Sequence record: MZ443780.1
Reading direction: 5' to 3' (one strand)
DNA: 64,000 nt
Shown: piece by piece, positions 1-8,920 of the stretch
Layout: each line of letters starts with the position of its first letter
How positions within the stretch are numbered: the stretch's first letter is position 1
Translations under genes and position numbers: made by a program
Notes under the pieces: model-generated
Told to the model about the DNA's origin: nothing
Databases searched by the model: none
The model's input: only the letters and a program-made list of their open reading frames with translations

Positions 1-1458
1 CCAAAGATCAAAGAAGCGTACAGGACGGCCATGATGGGCCGTCTTGGCACTTCCCACTTTAGTTCGGAAGTCACTCGCAAAGCATTCCGCCGCATAACTA
101 AGCTGGTGGAAGTTAAGAGCGAAATAATTGAATGGGACGACTTGCTGGAAGACCCTAACCTGAGTGAAGAGTTCAGGGACAGTCTGCGGGAAGCAGAAGA
201 AACGCCAGCAAAGACCATGAAAGGGTTTGATAAGATCTTCGACAGTCTGGAGAAGTATCGCCAGCGTCGAGATATCATGAACATCGGTAAGATGATTGCC
301 AAAGACTTTGGCGAAGCTGACCCGGAAGAGTTCGACGAGCATGAGTATATGCAGGGGCTTGCTGATAAGCTCGGGCAAGCTCAACGCGGCACACGAACGA
401 CAGAGAAAGTCTGGACGTTTGGCGGCAAGAAGTCGAACGCAACCAAGTTGGCGAAGCAGGTAATCACCAACCCGAAAGAAGTGATGTACAAGACCGGCTT
501 CTCAAGCTACGACAAAAAGAACGGCGGTTGGCCGACGACTGGCGTAGTGTTGTTAGCTGGTTCAACGTCCGGCGGTAAGTCTGTGTTGTCAATGAACATC
601 GCAGATCGCATGGCGAAGATGAATGGCATTCACTGTCTCAAGGTCACTCTCGAAATGACCGCCGAGCAGGAAATGAAGCGTATGCTGTCCATGATCAGTG
701 GCATCGACTTCTGGAAGATCAAGCAAGGCAAACTCTCGCAGCGTGAGCAGAAAGAACTGCTGAAAGCCGCGAAGAAGTACGACAAGCTGATGAGCAAGTC
801 GAAGGGGCGTAACTCGTTCACTTCACCTGAGCGTGGCATGTCGATTGATGACGTTCTGTATATGTCGATTCCGTATGGCGTACACGTAACGTTCATCGAC
901 TACGTTGGTCTGCTTGAAGGTATCGACAACGACAACCAGTGGCGCGAACTGTCTACCGTTGTTCGTAAAGCTAAAGTACACGCGTCAGCAACAGGCCAGC
1001 TTGTTGTTATCCTGTGTCAGCTTGATGATCAGTCAGGTCGTATTCGTTACTCTGGAGGTATGCGTGAGCACGCCGACGTTGTGTGGGCATGGAACTACTC
1101 TGACCCTGAAATCCGTGAAGGCAAAATCATTCCTGTTCAGGTAATGAAAGCGCGTGACGGTGAACTGTTCGAAATGCCTCTGAAAGACGTGTTTGAGAAA
1201 ATGCGTGTCGAAGATGCAGATGAAGGTACAGAAGTTCCGAAGTCGAAGGCCATATCTGCTGATGATATGGAAGGCGGCAAAGATTCCTCGAAAAAGAAAT
1301 TCGGAAAAGGTAATTTCAAGAAGAAGGGAGATAAAATTGAGATTAAGAAGTCGCGTCGTGGCGCTGCTGCATTCCTTAACTCAGGGTCTGACAGTGACGA
1401 TGACGACGGCGATTTGCCGAAGAAAAAGAAAAAGCGCAAGTCCTATGACGTTGCGTAA
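1..1458 (+). CDS. dnaB: DnaB-like replicative helicase (5'-truncated by window edge)
   Basis: Walker A variant GSTSGGKS, H1a-like VTLEM, Walker B TFIDYVGLL, LCQL..RYSG..EHADVV; frame is open back to base 1; Lys/Asp-rich C-terminal tail. Confidence 0.85.
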   Translation, partial: PKIKEAYRTAMMGRLGTSHFSSEVTRKAFRRITKLVEVKSEIIEWDDLLEDPNLSEEFRDSLREAEETPAKTMKGFDKIFDSLEKYRQRRDIMNIGKMIAKDFGEADPEEFDEHEYMQGLADKLGQAQRGTRTTEKVWTFGGKKSNATKLAKQVITNPKEVMYKTGFSSYDKKNGGWPTTGVVLLAGSTSGGKSVLSMNIADRMAKMNGIHCLKVTLEMTAEQEMKRMLSMISGIDFWKIKQGKLSQREQKELLKAAKKYDKLMSKSKGRNSFTSPERGMSIDDVLYMSIPYGVHVTFIDYVGLLEGIDNDNQWRELSTVVRKAKVHASATGQLVVILCQLDDQSGRIRYSGGMREHADVVWAWNYSDPEIREGKIIPVQVMKARDGELFEMPLKDVFEKMRVEDADEGTEVPKSKAISADDMEGGKDSSKKKFGKGNFKKKGDKIEIKKSRRGAAAFLNSGSDSDDDDGDLPKKKKKRKSYDVA

Positions 1459-1467
1459 GGAGTCTTT

Positions 1468-1710
1468 GTGGACGATATCCAATGGCAAGTGTTTGACGAC
1501 GCTGCCCGTGACAACATAGACAAGGATTATGTCTATCACATTCGCACCAAGGAGGGTGCGGAGTACAGTGGTATGTATCCCAACTACGCTGGGTTCCACT
1601 GTCAGAATCCCGGAGAGCCTCGTCGTGTCGATATGAGTGACGTTACTCACTATGCGATACAGATGACGTTCGACGATCACGCAGACAAGTACGTGTTCAA
1701 ACGTGGCTAA
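1468..1710 (+). CDS. hypothetical protein (80 aa)
   Basis: GTG start with AAGGAG SD; packed between neighbours. Confidence 0.7.
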   Translation: MDDIQWQVFDDAARDNIDKDYVYHIRTKEGAEYSGMYPNYAGFHCQNPGEPRRVDMSDVTHYAIQMTFDDHADKYVFKRG

Positions 1711-2500
1711 CTACGAAGGCCCGTACGGACTTGTTGAGTCTGACGACATGGTTCCACGTTGGTCGTACCCTGTTAAGCATGGACAGATACGAGCAGTAGA
1801 AGCGTGGGAACTTAATAAGATGGACAACATCACTGCGCCTGTGCGCATGGTGCGGGACATTCATGCGATTCATAGTATACCTGTAGAGGAACCCGATGAC
1901 TTACTCGACCTCGACGAAGAAGCCGAAAAGATCTCAAAAACTGAATCCCGACTTCTTATCAAGCCTCGACTCAATGAAGTCCGTTCCCGTAAGTACAAAG
2001 ACCACATTGGTCCAGAGAACGTCTTCACAGTCGAAGGTGACGTAATCGACGGTGCGCTCGATAGCATAGACGAGTTTTCTTCAACGTTCCGCGAGCACCT
2101 GCTGCGTAATGTATTCAGTGCCGTACTCGGCTTTGACATTGCTGCTGGTGAAGTGGAAGCAATCTCGAAAGACTGCCTCAAAACAGATTTGGAGATTGAC
2201 AGCGAACTCGTCCCATACATTGAGCGCGTGGGTATTGCTAACATCATAGGTGTAATGCTCTCTAAGTCCGAATCAGTACCAGAAGCAGTGCGTAGTGACG
2301 TGCTGAAAGACTGGCTTATCAAATCGTTCGATGATGTGCGTAACGAGTATAGGACAAAGACAGGCGATAACAAATTGCGTGATCGCATTCGTCGTCTAAT
2401 GCACGGTAACGATGAGCTTGTCGCAAAAGGTACGGGCATAGGAACAGCCCGCGGATTTACTGAGTACAGGAAGAAACAGACCGAGAATGGCCAAGCCTAA
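1703..2500 (+). CDS. hypothetical protein upstream of large terminase
   Basis: 265-aa ORF overlapping both neighbours; no recognisable motif. Confidence 0.7.
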   Translation: MANYEGPYGLVESDDMVPRWSYPVKHGQIRAVEAWELNKMDNITAPVRMVRDIHAIHSIPVEEPDDLLDLDEEAEKISKTESRLLIKPRLNEVRSRKYKDHIGPENVFTVEGDVIDGALDSIDEFSSTFREHLLRNVFSAVLGFDIAAGEVEAISKDCLKTDLEIDSELVPYIERVGIANIIGVMLSKSESVPEAVRSDVLKDWLIKSFDDVRNEYRTKTGDNKLRDRIRRLMHGNDELVAKGTGIGTARGFTEYRKKQTENGQA

Positions 2501-5321
2501 AAAGGGCCCAGCATTCACTCTGCGTCCGAAACGAATAGCTGCGTTTGATGCGCTGCTTGGTGACGACGTTCGAGTGGAAGCCGCATCCGATGAGGAAGAC
2601 TTCTTATCGGATAATAGTTCGAGTGCGATTAACTTTCTCGAAAAGGGTGAGGTCAACATTGTTGATCTCGTCGAGGGTGCGTTAGAGCAACGTACAATCG
2701 TACCACGCGACTTGAAGTTTGATGACAGTTCAATGCCCAAGGCGAAACACTTCCTTGAGTGGTGTACGAGTCCTGACTTCTTAAAGTCTGACCCATATCT
2801 CGAACAGGCCCTTATCGGCCTTCGCTTATTCGGCGAGATTTGTGTACGCTGTAGTCCTAACTTGCAGTGGATGTACACAGAAAACCATGAGCCACAAGAA
2901 ACGACAGCCGCGATAGAGACACACTTACACCTACTCCACAACGGTGTGTGCCCTCATTGCGGCGCTCGTCGTTCTGAGATGATCAAAAACGGGGAAATGA
3001 ACTTCTACAACGAACTGGCAGTGAACGCCGGACAGCGTTGTGTGATAGCGTCAACACCTGTTCTTACATCTCGTGGTATCATGCCTATCGGTCACATGAT
3101 GATTGGTCATGACACGCCTGGGTTCCACAAGCCTCGTCGCCACTATAACGCGCACAATGGCCGTGAGATCAAGAACGTCAGTCAAGTCTATGTGTCCGAT
3201 GTTGCGCCTACGAAAGTCGTAATGCTCGCAAACGGTATGTGGGTTGAAGCAACCCATGAGCATCCGCTGCGAACCGAACACGGATTCAAGAAAGCTGCCA
3301 AGCTCGTTCCCGGTGACCGTATTGAAGTACGTTTAGGTACGAACTCGTGGGGCAAGATTCAACGCCCTGTCAGTATCTACGATGCTGGTCTGTCTACGCG
3401 TGAAGATGCGCTGCGCTACATCTCTGATCGTTCGTTGCCATTCGGCTCGACGATGCAGCAATATGTGTCTAACGATGACGATGCTCTGCAAATGGTTGCG
3501 TCTATCCTGCTTAACGCGGGTTATATGCCAAGCATTCTGCACGGGCCCGGCGATAAGAGCATTCTGTTTGACCTGACTCAACCTCCTCAGTGTCGTGCTG
3601 CACACATCGAAGTTATCACTGTCAATGATGGTGAAGCTCAGGTGACGTATGACCTACAGATGGAAGGCTTGCCGCAGTTTATTGCTGGCGGTATGCTGCA
3701 CCACAATAGCGGTAAGTCAGTCGTAGTAGCAATGATCTCGACCTACCTGACGCACAGATTGCTTATGTCTCAGTCGCCTACAGGCATCTTGAGTATCGAC
3801 AGCACAACAGTATTGCACGGTACGTTCGTCGCGCTGACTCAGAAGCAGGCGTCAGATACACTCTGGACTCCGTACTTCAATTACATCATGGGCAGTCCGT
3901 GGTTCCAAGCATATCACAATTTGATTCGCAAGCACGAACGCAAGTTCGGCATAGAGGTGATGAAGATTCGTGATACGTTCGTACTGTACGGACACAGGAA
4001 CTTCGTTATCTACCCAGCCGGTCCAGATGGTCGTATTCTTCGTGGTCGAACCCGTGTATTAGCGGTAATAGATGAAGTGGCGTACTTCGACAACGACGCC
4101 GCATCGAAGAAGATCAAAGTGAGTGCTGGTGCAGTATACGGTGCACTTGACCGTAGCCTCGCAACTGTACGAGCGAAAGAAAAGCGCCAGGTCGAAGCTG
4201 GCTATGATGAAGCGTTTACAGGTTACTTCTGCAACATTAGTAGCCCTGTACATGCGCGTGACAAGATCAACGAACTGCTTCGTATGTCTGTAGGCTCGAA
4301 GACGCTGCTTGGGATTCATGCTCCTACATGGAAGATGAACCCAGACATGCCGCGTAACTCTGAGTTCCTGCTTGAAGCGTTTCGTCGTGACCCTGTTGGT
4401 GCAGCCCGTGACTACGGAGCCGAAGCACCGTTGTCTGCTAACCCATTCATCACGCAGCCTACGTTTATCGCAGATGCTATTCGTGAGAAGGGTCGTTCGA
4501 TGTGTACCTACACGCATCACATCATTCGACACAAAGACGGGGAACGCCAGCGTTATGGCAGTCTCGTTAAAGCGGCAACGACAACCAAAGCGTCGATACT
4601 CGCAATTGATGCAGGCTTCTCGAACAACAGCTTTGCACTCGTAACAGGCTCACGCGGTGATGACGGCATTATCAGTGTCGATTGTCTCGTTGAGATCGTA
4701 CCGAAGCCGGGTATCCCTTTGAACTATACCCTCATCTTTGATGAACTGCTTATCCCGCTGTGTAAGGCACGTAACGTTCGCGTGATGCTCGCCGACCAGT
4801 GGCAGTCGCTCAAGCTGCTGCAAGATGCGAAACTGAAAGTGGATTCAATTGAGGAGTCTGACCAGTACAGCCTGAAATATCAGGACATGTGGACTGTTAA
4901 GACAATGTTCGAATCTACCCCTTCGAAGATCAGCTTGCCCCGCATGACCCACGCAGCGACAATTGCTGACACGTTGAAGTATGACGGTGATGAATATCCT
5001 CAGTGCTTTGAGAACAAACCAACAGAGCACTTGATAATGCAGCTCCAGACAGTGCAGGACACTGGGCGAAGCGTTATCAAGAACACAGGGGCAACCGATG
5101 ACCTGTGGCGAGCAATGGCACTCATGGTCTATGGCTTCGAGTGTGGTGAGTACGATGAGTATCTGACTAAAGCGGCAGAAGTAACGATGAATCGTGACCC
5201 GAATCGTCTTGGCCGTGTAGCGCATCGTCTGAACAAAGGCGTGGCGGGTTCTCTCAGCACATCGCTTACTGGTGGTCGCGTTCTTGGTAGTGCGCGTACT
5301 CGAATGATTGGCCGTAAATAA
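2487..5321 (+). CDS. terL: terminase large subunit, intein-containing
   Basis: After intein removal Walker A reads AGQRSGKS; Walker B VAVIDEVAYF; coupling motif NISSP; nuclease ILAIDAGFSNNSFA and C-terminal TDDLWRA. Confidence 0.88.
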   Translation: MAKPKKGPAFTLRPKRIAAFDALLGDDVRVEAASDEEDFLSDNSSSAINFLEKGEVNIVDLVEGALEQRTIVPRDLKFDDSSMPKAKHFLEWCTSPDFLKSDPYLEQALIGLRLFGEICVRCSPNLQWMYTENHEPQETTAAIETHLHLLHNGVCPHCGARRSEMIKNGEMNFYNELAVNAGQRCVIASTPVLTSRGIMPIGHMMIGHDTPGFHKPRRHYNAHNGREIKNVSQVYVSDVAPTKVVMLANGMWVEATHEHPLRTEHGFKKAAKLVPGDRIEVRLGTNSWGKIQRPVSIYDAGLSTREDALRYISDRSLPFGSTMQQYVSNDDDALQMVASILLNAGYMPSILHGPGDKSILFDLTQPPQCRAAHIEVITVNDGEAQVTYDLQMEGLPQFIAGGMLHHNSGKSVVVAMISTYLTHRLLMSQSPTGILSIDSTTVLHGTFVALTQKQASDTLWTPYFNYIMGSPWFQAYHNLIRKHERKFGIEVMKIRDTFVLYGHRNFVIYPAGPDGRILRGRTRVLAVIDEVAYFDNDAASKKIKVSAGAVYGALDRSLATVRAKEKRQVEAGYDEAFTGYFCNISSPVHARDKINELLRMSVGSKTLLGIHAPTWKMNPDMPRNSEFLLEAFRRDPVGAARDYGAEAPLSANPFITQPTFIADAIREKGRSMCTYTHHIIRHKDGERQRYGSLVKAATTTKASILAIDAGFSNNSFALVTGSRGDDGIISVDCLVEIVPKPGIPLNYTLIFDELLIPLCKARNVRVMLADQWQSLKLLQDAKLKVDSIEESDQYSLKYQDMWTVKTMFESTPSKISLPRMTHAATIADTLKYDGDEYPQCFENKPTEHLIMQLQTVQDTGRSVIKNTGATDDLWRAMALMVYGFECGEYDEYLTKAAEVTMNRDPNRLGRVAHRLNKGVAGSLSTSLTGGRVLGSARTRMIGRK
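3039..3707 (+). mobile_element. intein (223 aa) in TerL Walker A
   Basis: Starts CVIASTPVLT (block A); block B ATHEHPL; ends YDLQM...GGMLHHN followed by Ser+1; short central region, endonuclease degenerate or absent. Confidence 0.9.
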
Positions 5322-5326
5322 AAAGC

Positions 5327-5340
5327 TAATTTAGACGAGT
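5327..5340 (+). promoter_or_regulatory. candidate late promoter TAATTTAGACGAGT
   Basis: Identical 14-mer on - strand at 48590-48603; intergenic, just upstream of the Zn-ribbon/portal genes. Confidence 0.55.
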
Positions 5341-5363
5341 CAGTTAATACAAGGAACTAGATC

Positions 5364-5579
5364 ATGAGCAAGCATTATAACCCGCTTCTGACTTCAAACA
5401 CTGTAAAGTCAGAGTCGAAGGACTCACAGGTGGAAAGCACAAGCGGCGCGTTCGTTGTTGATAGCGCCAATGTCTGTCCTAAGTGCAGTTCTGCAACCGT
5501 GCCTACGCAATTGCTTTCTGGTGAAGGCGTAATGTTCTGCACCAGTTGCCGCGTGAGTCTCGCAATCCCTTTGAAGTGA
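5364..5579 (+). CDS. small Zn-ribbon protein
   Basis: CPKC-x14-CTSC; AAGGA SD. Confidence 0.7.
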   Translation: MSKHYNPLLTSNTVKSESKDSQVESTSGAFVVDSANVCPKCSSATVPTQLLSGEGVMFCTSCRVSLAIPLK

Positions 5580-5586
5580 GGTAACT

Positions 5587-7521
5587 ATGGGCGTTCAGGT
5601 AGGTCGTCGTCATCTTGGCGGCGCACAGCCAGAGCCTGCGAAAAAGAAAGAGAAATCTATCGGCGCAGCCTCTTTACCGCGCGAGATAGGCAAAGCAATC
5701 CGCAGTGAGAGTTCGAGGCGCAATCTTGACTTCGTATCTCAATCTGCGGGTGGCGCAGGAATGGCTGCCGGTAATATGCAAATTGGTACTGTCCCTCTTG
5801 ATATCGACTTAGAGCCGATGATGGAAGGTATGGACTATGATGCTGACGACCGACAGCTATTCAATGTCTACCGCGATATGTATCACTTCGACCCAATCTG
5901 CGGTTCTTACGTGGACTTGTTCTCAACGCTGCCATTCTCCGATGTGAGTTTCAGTGGCGCGAAAGACAGTGTGCTCGAACCGTATTACGAAGTGAATGAA
6001 CGTTTGTCACTGACGACCAGTATGCCGAACATCACTACCGATATTCAGGTTACTGGTGCGTTCGTCGGCAGTATGATCTACAACAAAGACCGCAAAAAGT
6101 TCATCGACTTGATGACGCACCGTTACGACAACATCGACGTAACGCCACTGCCGTTTATCAGTCAGGACCCTATGTTCGAGCTGCGCATTCCACAGTACGT
6201 TAAAACTGCCTTCGCAAAAGAAGGTAAGCGTATTGACGCGCTGAAAAAAGAGCTGGGCCCTGGGTTTGTCGATAAGCTAATGAACGACACGACGATGGAG
6301 CTTGACCCCATCGGCACGATCTACATTCCGCGTAAGACGTTCAGCTTTGGTGAAGGTATCTCGGTGTTACGCCGTGTGCTGCCAATCTGGTTGATCGAAA
6401 AGAACCTGTATCGAGGAACGTTGATTGAATCGGGTCGTCGTCAACGCGGTATCTTACACGCCCAGTTGGGTGATGGTGATCAGTGGGAACCGTCGCAAGA
6501 AGAAATGGACTTTATGACCGACCTTCTTCTGTCTGCGGATAGTGACCCGATTGGATCTATCATTACCACGCGCTTAGGCGTGAACATCAGTGAGTTCCGC
6601 CAAGGCGGTGACTTCTGGAAGATTACGGACATCTGGGACCAGACTGCTCAATTCAAAATGCGAGCTATGGGCATCAGTGAAGCGTTCCTCAGCGGCGAAG
6701 CGAACTATGACTCAGGCGCTGCTGGCCTGACGATTTTCGTCGAAGCGATGCGGGCGTTCCGTGATCATCTGACGCGTAAAGTCTACTATGAGAAGGTATT
6801 CCCTCTTATCAGTATGATGAATGGTCTGGCTGTTCAGCGTAACGGCAAGATCATTAAGAAGAACAACATGATGGAAGGTGGCTTGACCGAAATCATGTAC
6901 AAACTGAATGACGGTAGCAAACTGTTTATTCCGAATGTGCATTGGTCTAAGCAACTGCGACCTGATGTTGACCAAGCGATGATGGAAAACTTACGTGCGA
7001 TGACTGAGCTGGGTGTTCCGGTTCCATTACGTGCAATCGCTGCGGCTGGCGGGTACAACTTCGACCAGATTCTTATGGATCAGGATGAAGACCTCGCAAT
7101 GCGCCGTAAGCTGATGGCGTATCGCAAACGTATGGCAGAGATTGACGCTGAGTTCGCTCCTCCTGAACCTGGTGGTGGAGGCGGTGAAGACAGCTTTAGT
7201 TCTGTCAGTTCTATGTCTGCTGACCTCAAACGTCGCCGCAGACACATCGCTGGTATCGGCCTGTCTTCTGCTGTGCTCGGTGGCGAACAACGCAAGCTGC
7301 TCAATCGTGACTTCGGTGAACGTTCCGAAATCTACGAAATCGGTAAGACTGGTAAGAAGAAACACGTCTTCCGTCAGTCTGTCGCAAACAGCCGTGCGAA
7401 TGACGCTATCTGGAAAGCGGCGAAGAACTACGAAGCAAACAAAACGATGCCTCTTGATGACGGCAAGGTTTCCTTCAAGCCTACCGCGCAGGAGCTTCGT
7501 GCAATGTCGAGACTCCGTTAA
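5587..7521 (+). CDS. portal protein (probable)
   Basis: 644 aa downstream of TerL; YRDMYHFDPICGSYVDLF N-terminal helix and helical/coiled-coil C-terminal part typical of large-phage portals; GAGG SD. Confidence 0.65.
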   Translation: MGVQVGRRHLGGAQPEPAKKKEKSIGAASLPREIGKAIRSESSRRNLDFVSQSAGGAGMAAGNMQIGTVPLDIDLEPMMEGMDYDADDRQLFNVYRDMYHFDPICGSYVDLFSTLPFSDVSFSGAKDSVLEPYYEVNERLSLTTSMPNITTDIQVTGAFVGSMIYNKDRKKFIDLMTHRYDNIDVTPLPFISQDPMFELRIPQYVKTAFAKEGKRIDALKKELGPGFVDKLMNDTTMELDPIGTIYIPRKTFSFGEGISVLRRVLPIWLIEKNLYRGTLIESGRRQRGILHAQLGDGDQWEPSQEEMDFMTDLLLSADSDPIGSIITTRLGVNISEFRQGGDFWKITDIWDQTAQFKMRAMGISEAFLSGEANYDSGAAGLTIFVEAMRAFRDHLTRKVYYEKVFPLISMMNGLAVQRNGKIIKKNNMMEGGLTEIMYKLNDGSKLFIPNVHWSKQLRPDVDQAMMENLRAMTELGVPVPLRAIAAAGGYNFDQILMDQDEDLAMRRKLMAYRKRMAEIDAEFAPPEPGGGGGEDSFSSVSSMSADLKRRRRHIAGIGLSSAVLGGEQRKLLNRDFGERSEIYEIGKTGKKKHVFRQSVANSRANDAIWKAAKNYEANKTMPLDDGKVSFKPTAQELRAMSRLR

Positions 7522-7877
7522 TGTACAGCATGGCAACGTGTGCAATTGACGGTGAGGAAACGGTGGTTGTGTATCGCCACCCTATCTTCACTGACTACGG
7601 CTTAGGCTTGAAGATTAACCGCGGTGGCGACATGCCTCTTGTTGAATGTAGCATCGTTACAGGCAGCATTGATGGTGTGTCTAAGCTCGAACCAGTGACT
7701 GACCATACTGCACCACTCGAAGTGCAAGCATGGTGTTTTGCTGGTATGCTCTCTTTAAGGGACATGCGGGAATCTGTAAATATGCAGAGCCTATCATTAG
7801 ATGCTTTATTCCCGAATAACGGGGGCATCGTTTATTATCAAACCCAAACTCAGCAAAATCAGGAGAGTGCATCGTGA
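7521..7877 (+). CDS. hypothetical protein
   Basis: TAATG coupling to portal gene. Confidence 0.6.
   Translation: MYSMATCAIDGEETVVVYRHPIFTDYGLGLKINRGGDMPLVECSIVTGSIDGVSKLEPVTDHTAPLEVQAWCFAGMLSLRDMRESVNMQSLSLDALFPNNGGIVYYQTQTQQNQESAS
7771..7782 (+). promoter_or_regulatory. candidate phage promoter AATCTGTAAATA
   Basis: Exact copy of recurrent motif, ~90 nt upstream of 7874 gene, inside a CDS. Confidence 0.4.
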
Positions 7878-8260
7878 GTGGATTGTTCCCGCATCGCGTA
7901 ATTACCCAGAAAGAAGGCTTCGTGTTCATCGTTCAGCCCGCTGACGAAACGGATGCAGATGCCGTAGTTGCCGCAGAGCAAGTCGAAGAAGTTCTGGCCG
8001 AAGCGTGGCCGACTGCACCTTCTGAGCTGACTGTCGATGACGTCACTGACCCAGAAGAAGCAGAGCTGATCTTTGCTGACGTTGTGCAACTGCTGGAAGA
8101 AGCGAACCGCGAAGAAGCGAACCAGATCGTTATCACCAGCATCGTTATTGTTGGCGGTCTGGCCATCGTTAACTGTATGCTCACCGGCGAAGATATCGGT
8201 GACGACGAAGAAGACGAAGACGATGATTCCGTTGAAGCCGACGAAGAAGAGTTCGATTAA
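7874..8260 (+). CDS. highly acidic hypothetical protein
   Basis: AGGAG SD, GTG start; about one third Asp/Glu. Confidence 0.7.
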   Translation: MSGLFPHRVITQKEGFVFIVQPADETDADAVVAAEQVEEVLAEAWPTAPSELTVDDVTDPEEAELIFADVVQLLEEANREEANQIVITSIVIVGGLAIVNCMLTGEDIGDDEEDEDDDSVEADEEEFD

Positions 8261-8269
8261 CGTCTGTCG

Positions 8270-8289
8270 TGAGGACCTTCGGGTCCTCA
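8270..8289 (+). promoter_or_regulatory. C(UUCG)G hairpin overlapping SD and start codon of 8289 ORF
   Basis: TGAGGACC-TTCG-GGTCCTCA perfect 8-bp stem; no U-tract. Confidence 0.6.
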
Positions 8290-8423
8290 TGAATCTCACT
8301 GACAGCAATGTCGCATACGCAGCAAAGTTCCTTACGAACAAGACAGAAGACGAAGCCCGTGCTCTGCTTGCTGCACTCAAGAATGAGGAAGTGGAATCTC
8401 TGTATAACTTCTTGGTGGCGTAA
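8289..8423 (+). CDS. small hypothetical protein (44 aa, MNLTDSNVAY...)
   Basis: C-terminal part of track ORF 8073..8423; ATG at 8289 after GAGGA; TAATG coupling to next gene. Confidence 0.55.
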   Translation: MNLTDSNVAYAAKFLTNKTEDEARALLAALKNEEVESLYNFLVA

Positions 8424-8920
8424 TGGAAACAAATTCAGTGGGCGCAAGCCCTAATAACGAAAGGCATCGCATCTTCTACAAGCAGCCGAAACGAGTACCT
8501 CCCTTCGATACAGCTTTCGTCCGTTCATCTAATCGTGAAGGTCTGAAAGTTCTCCTATCGGCTGCTCCTGAACATTGTCAGATTATTTTGTTTACGGACG
8601 GTCCCGGCGCTGCTTACGCCATGAAACGCCTCTTTAAGCGCAACTTCAAACTTTGTTCACAAGCGTTACAACTTGACCTAAGGACTCTCACGTTCACGGG
8701 TCAGGTCGTTTTTCAGTTCGTTCGTGGTGGTGCAATGCTCGACCCACTTGCTCGCTACTTCTGTGCTGGTGACAGTTACCTGCATGAGCTTGCGCAGACA
8801 AACAAGGGCATCGAGTTCGAAACAGACACGATTGATATGTTCTGTTGCGGTATCGGGTTTCATCGTGCGTTACGTGAGCGTGGTCGAGGCCGTTCTCTCG
8901 TATTCGCGGAGGAACAATGA
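8423..8920 (+). CDS. hypothetical protein
   Basis: 165-aa ORF coupled to neighbours. Confidence 0.6.
   Translation: METNSVGASPNNERHRIFYKQPKRVPPFDTAFVRSSNREGLKVLLSAAPEHCQIILFTDGPGAAYAMKRLFKRNFKLCSQALQLDLRTLTFTGQVVFQFVRGGAMLDPLARYFCAGDSYLHELAQTNKGIEFETDTIDMFCCGIGFHRALRERGRGRSLVFAEEQ

Noticed and set aside
1703-2500. Small terminase subunit
   Set aside because: Only its position supports this; no recognisable HTH or oligomerisation motif.
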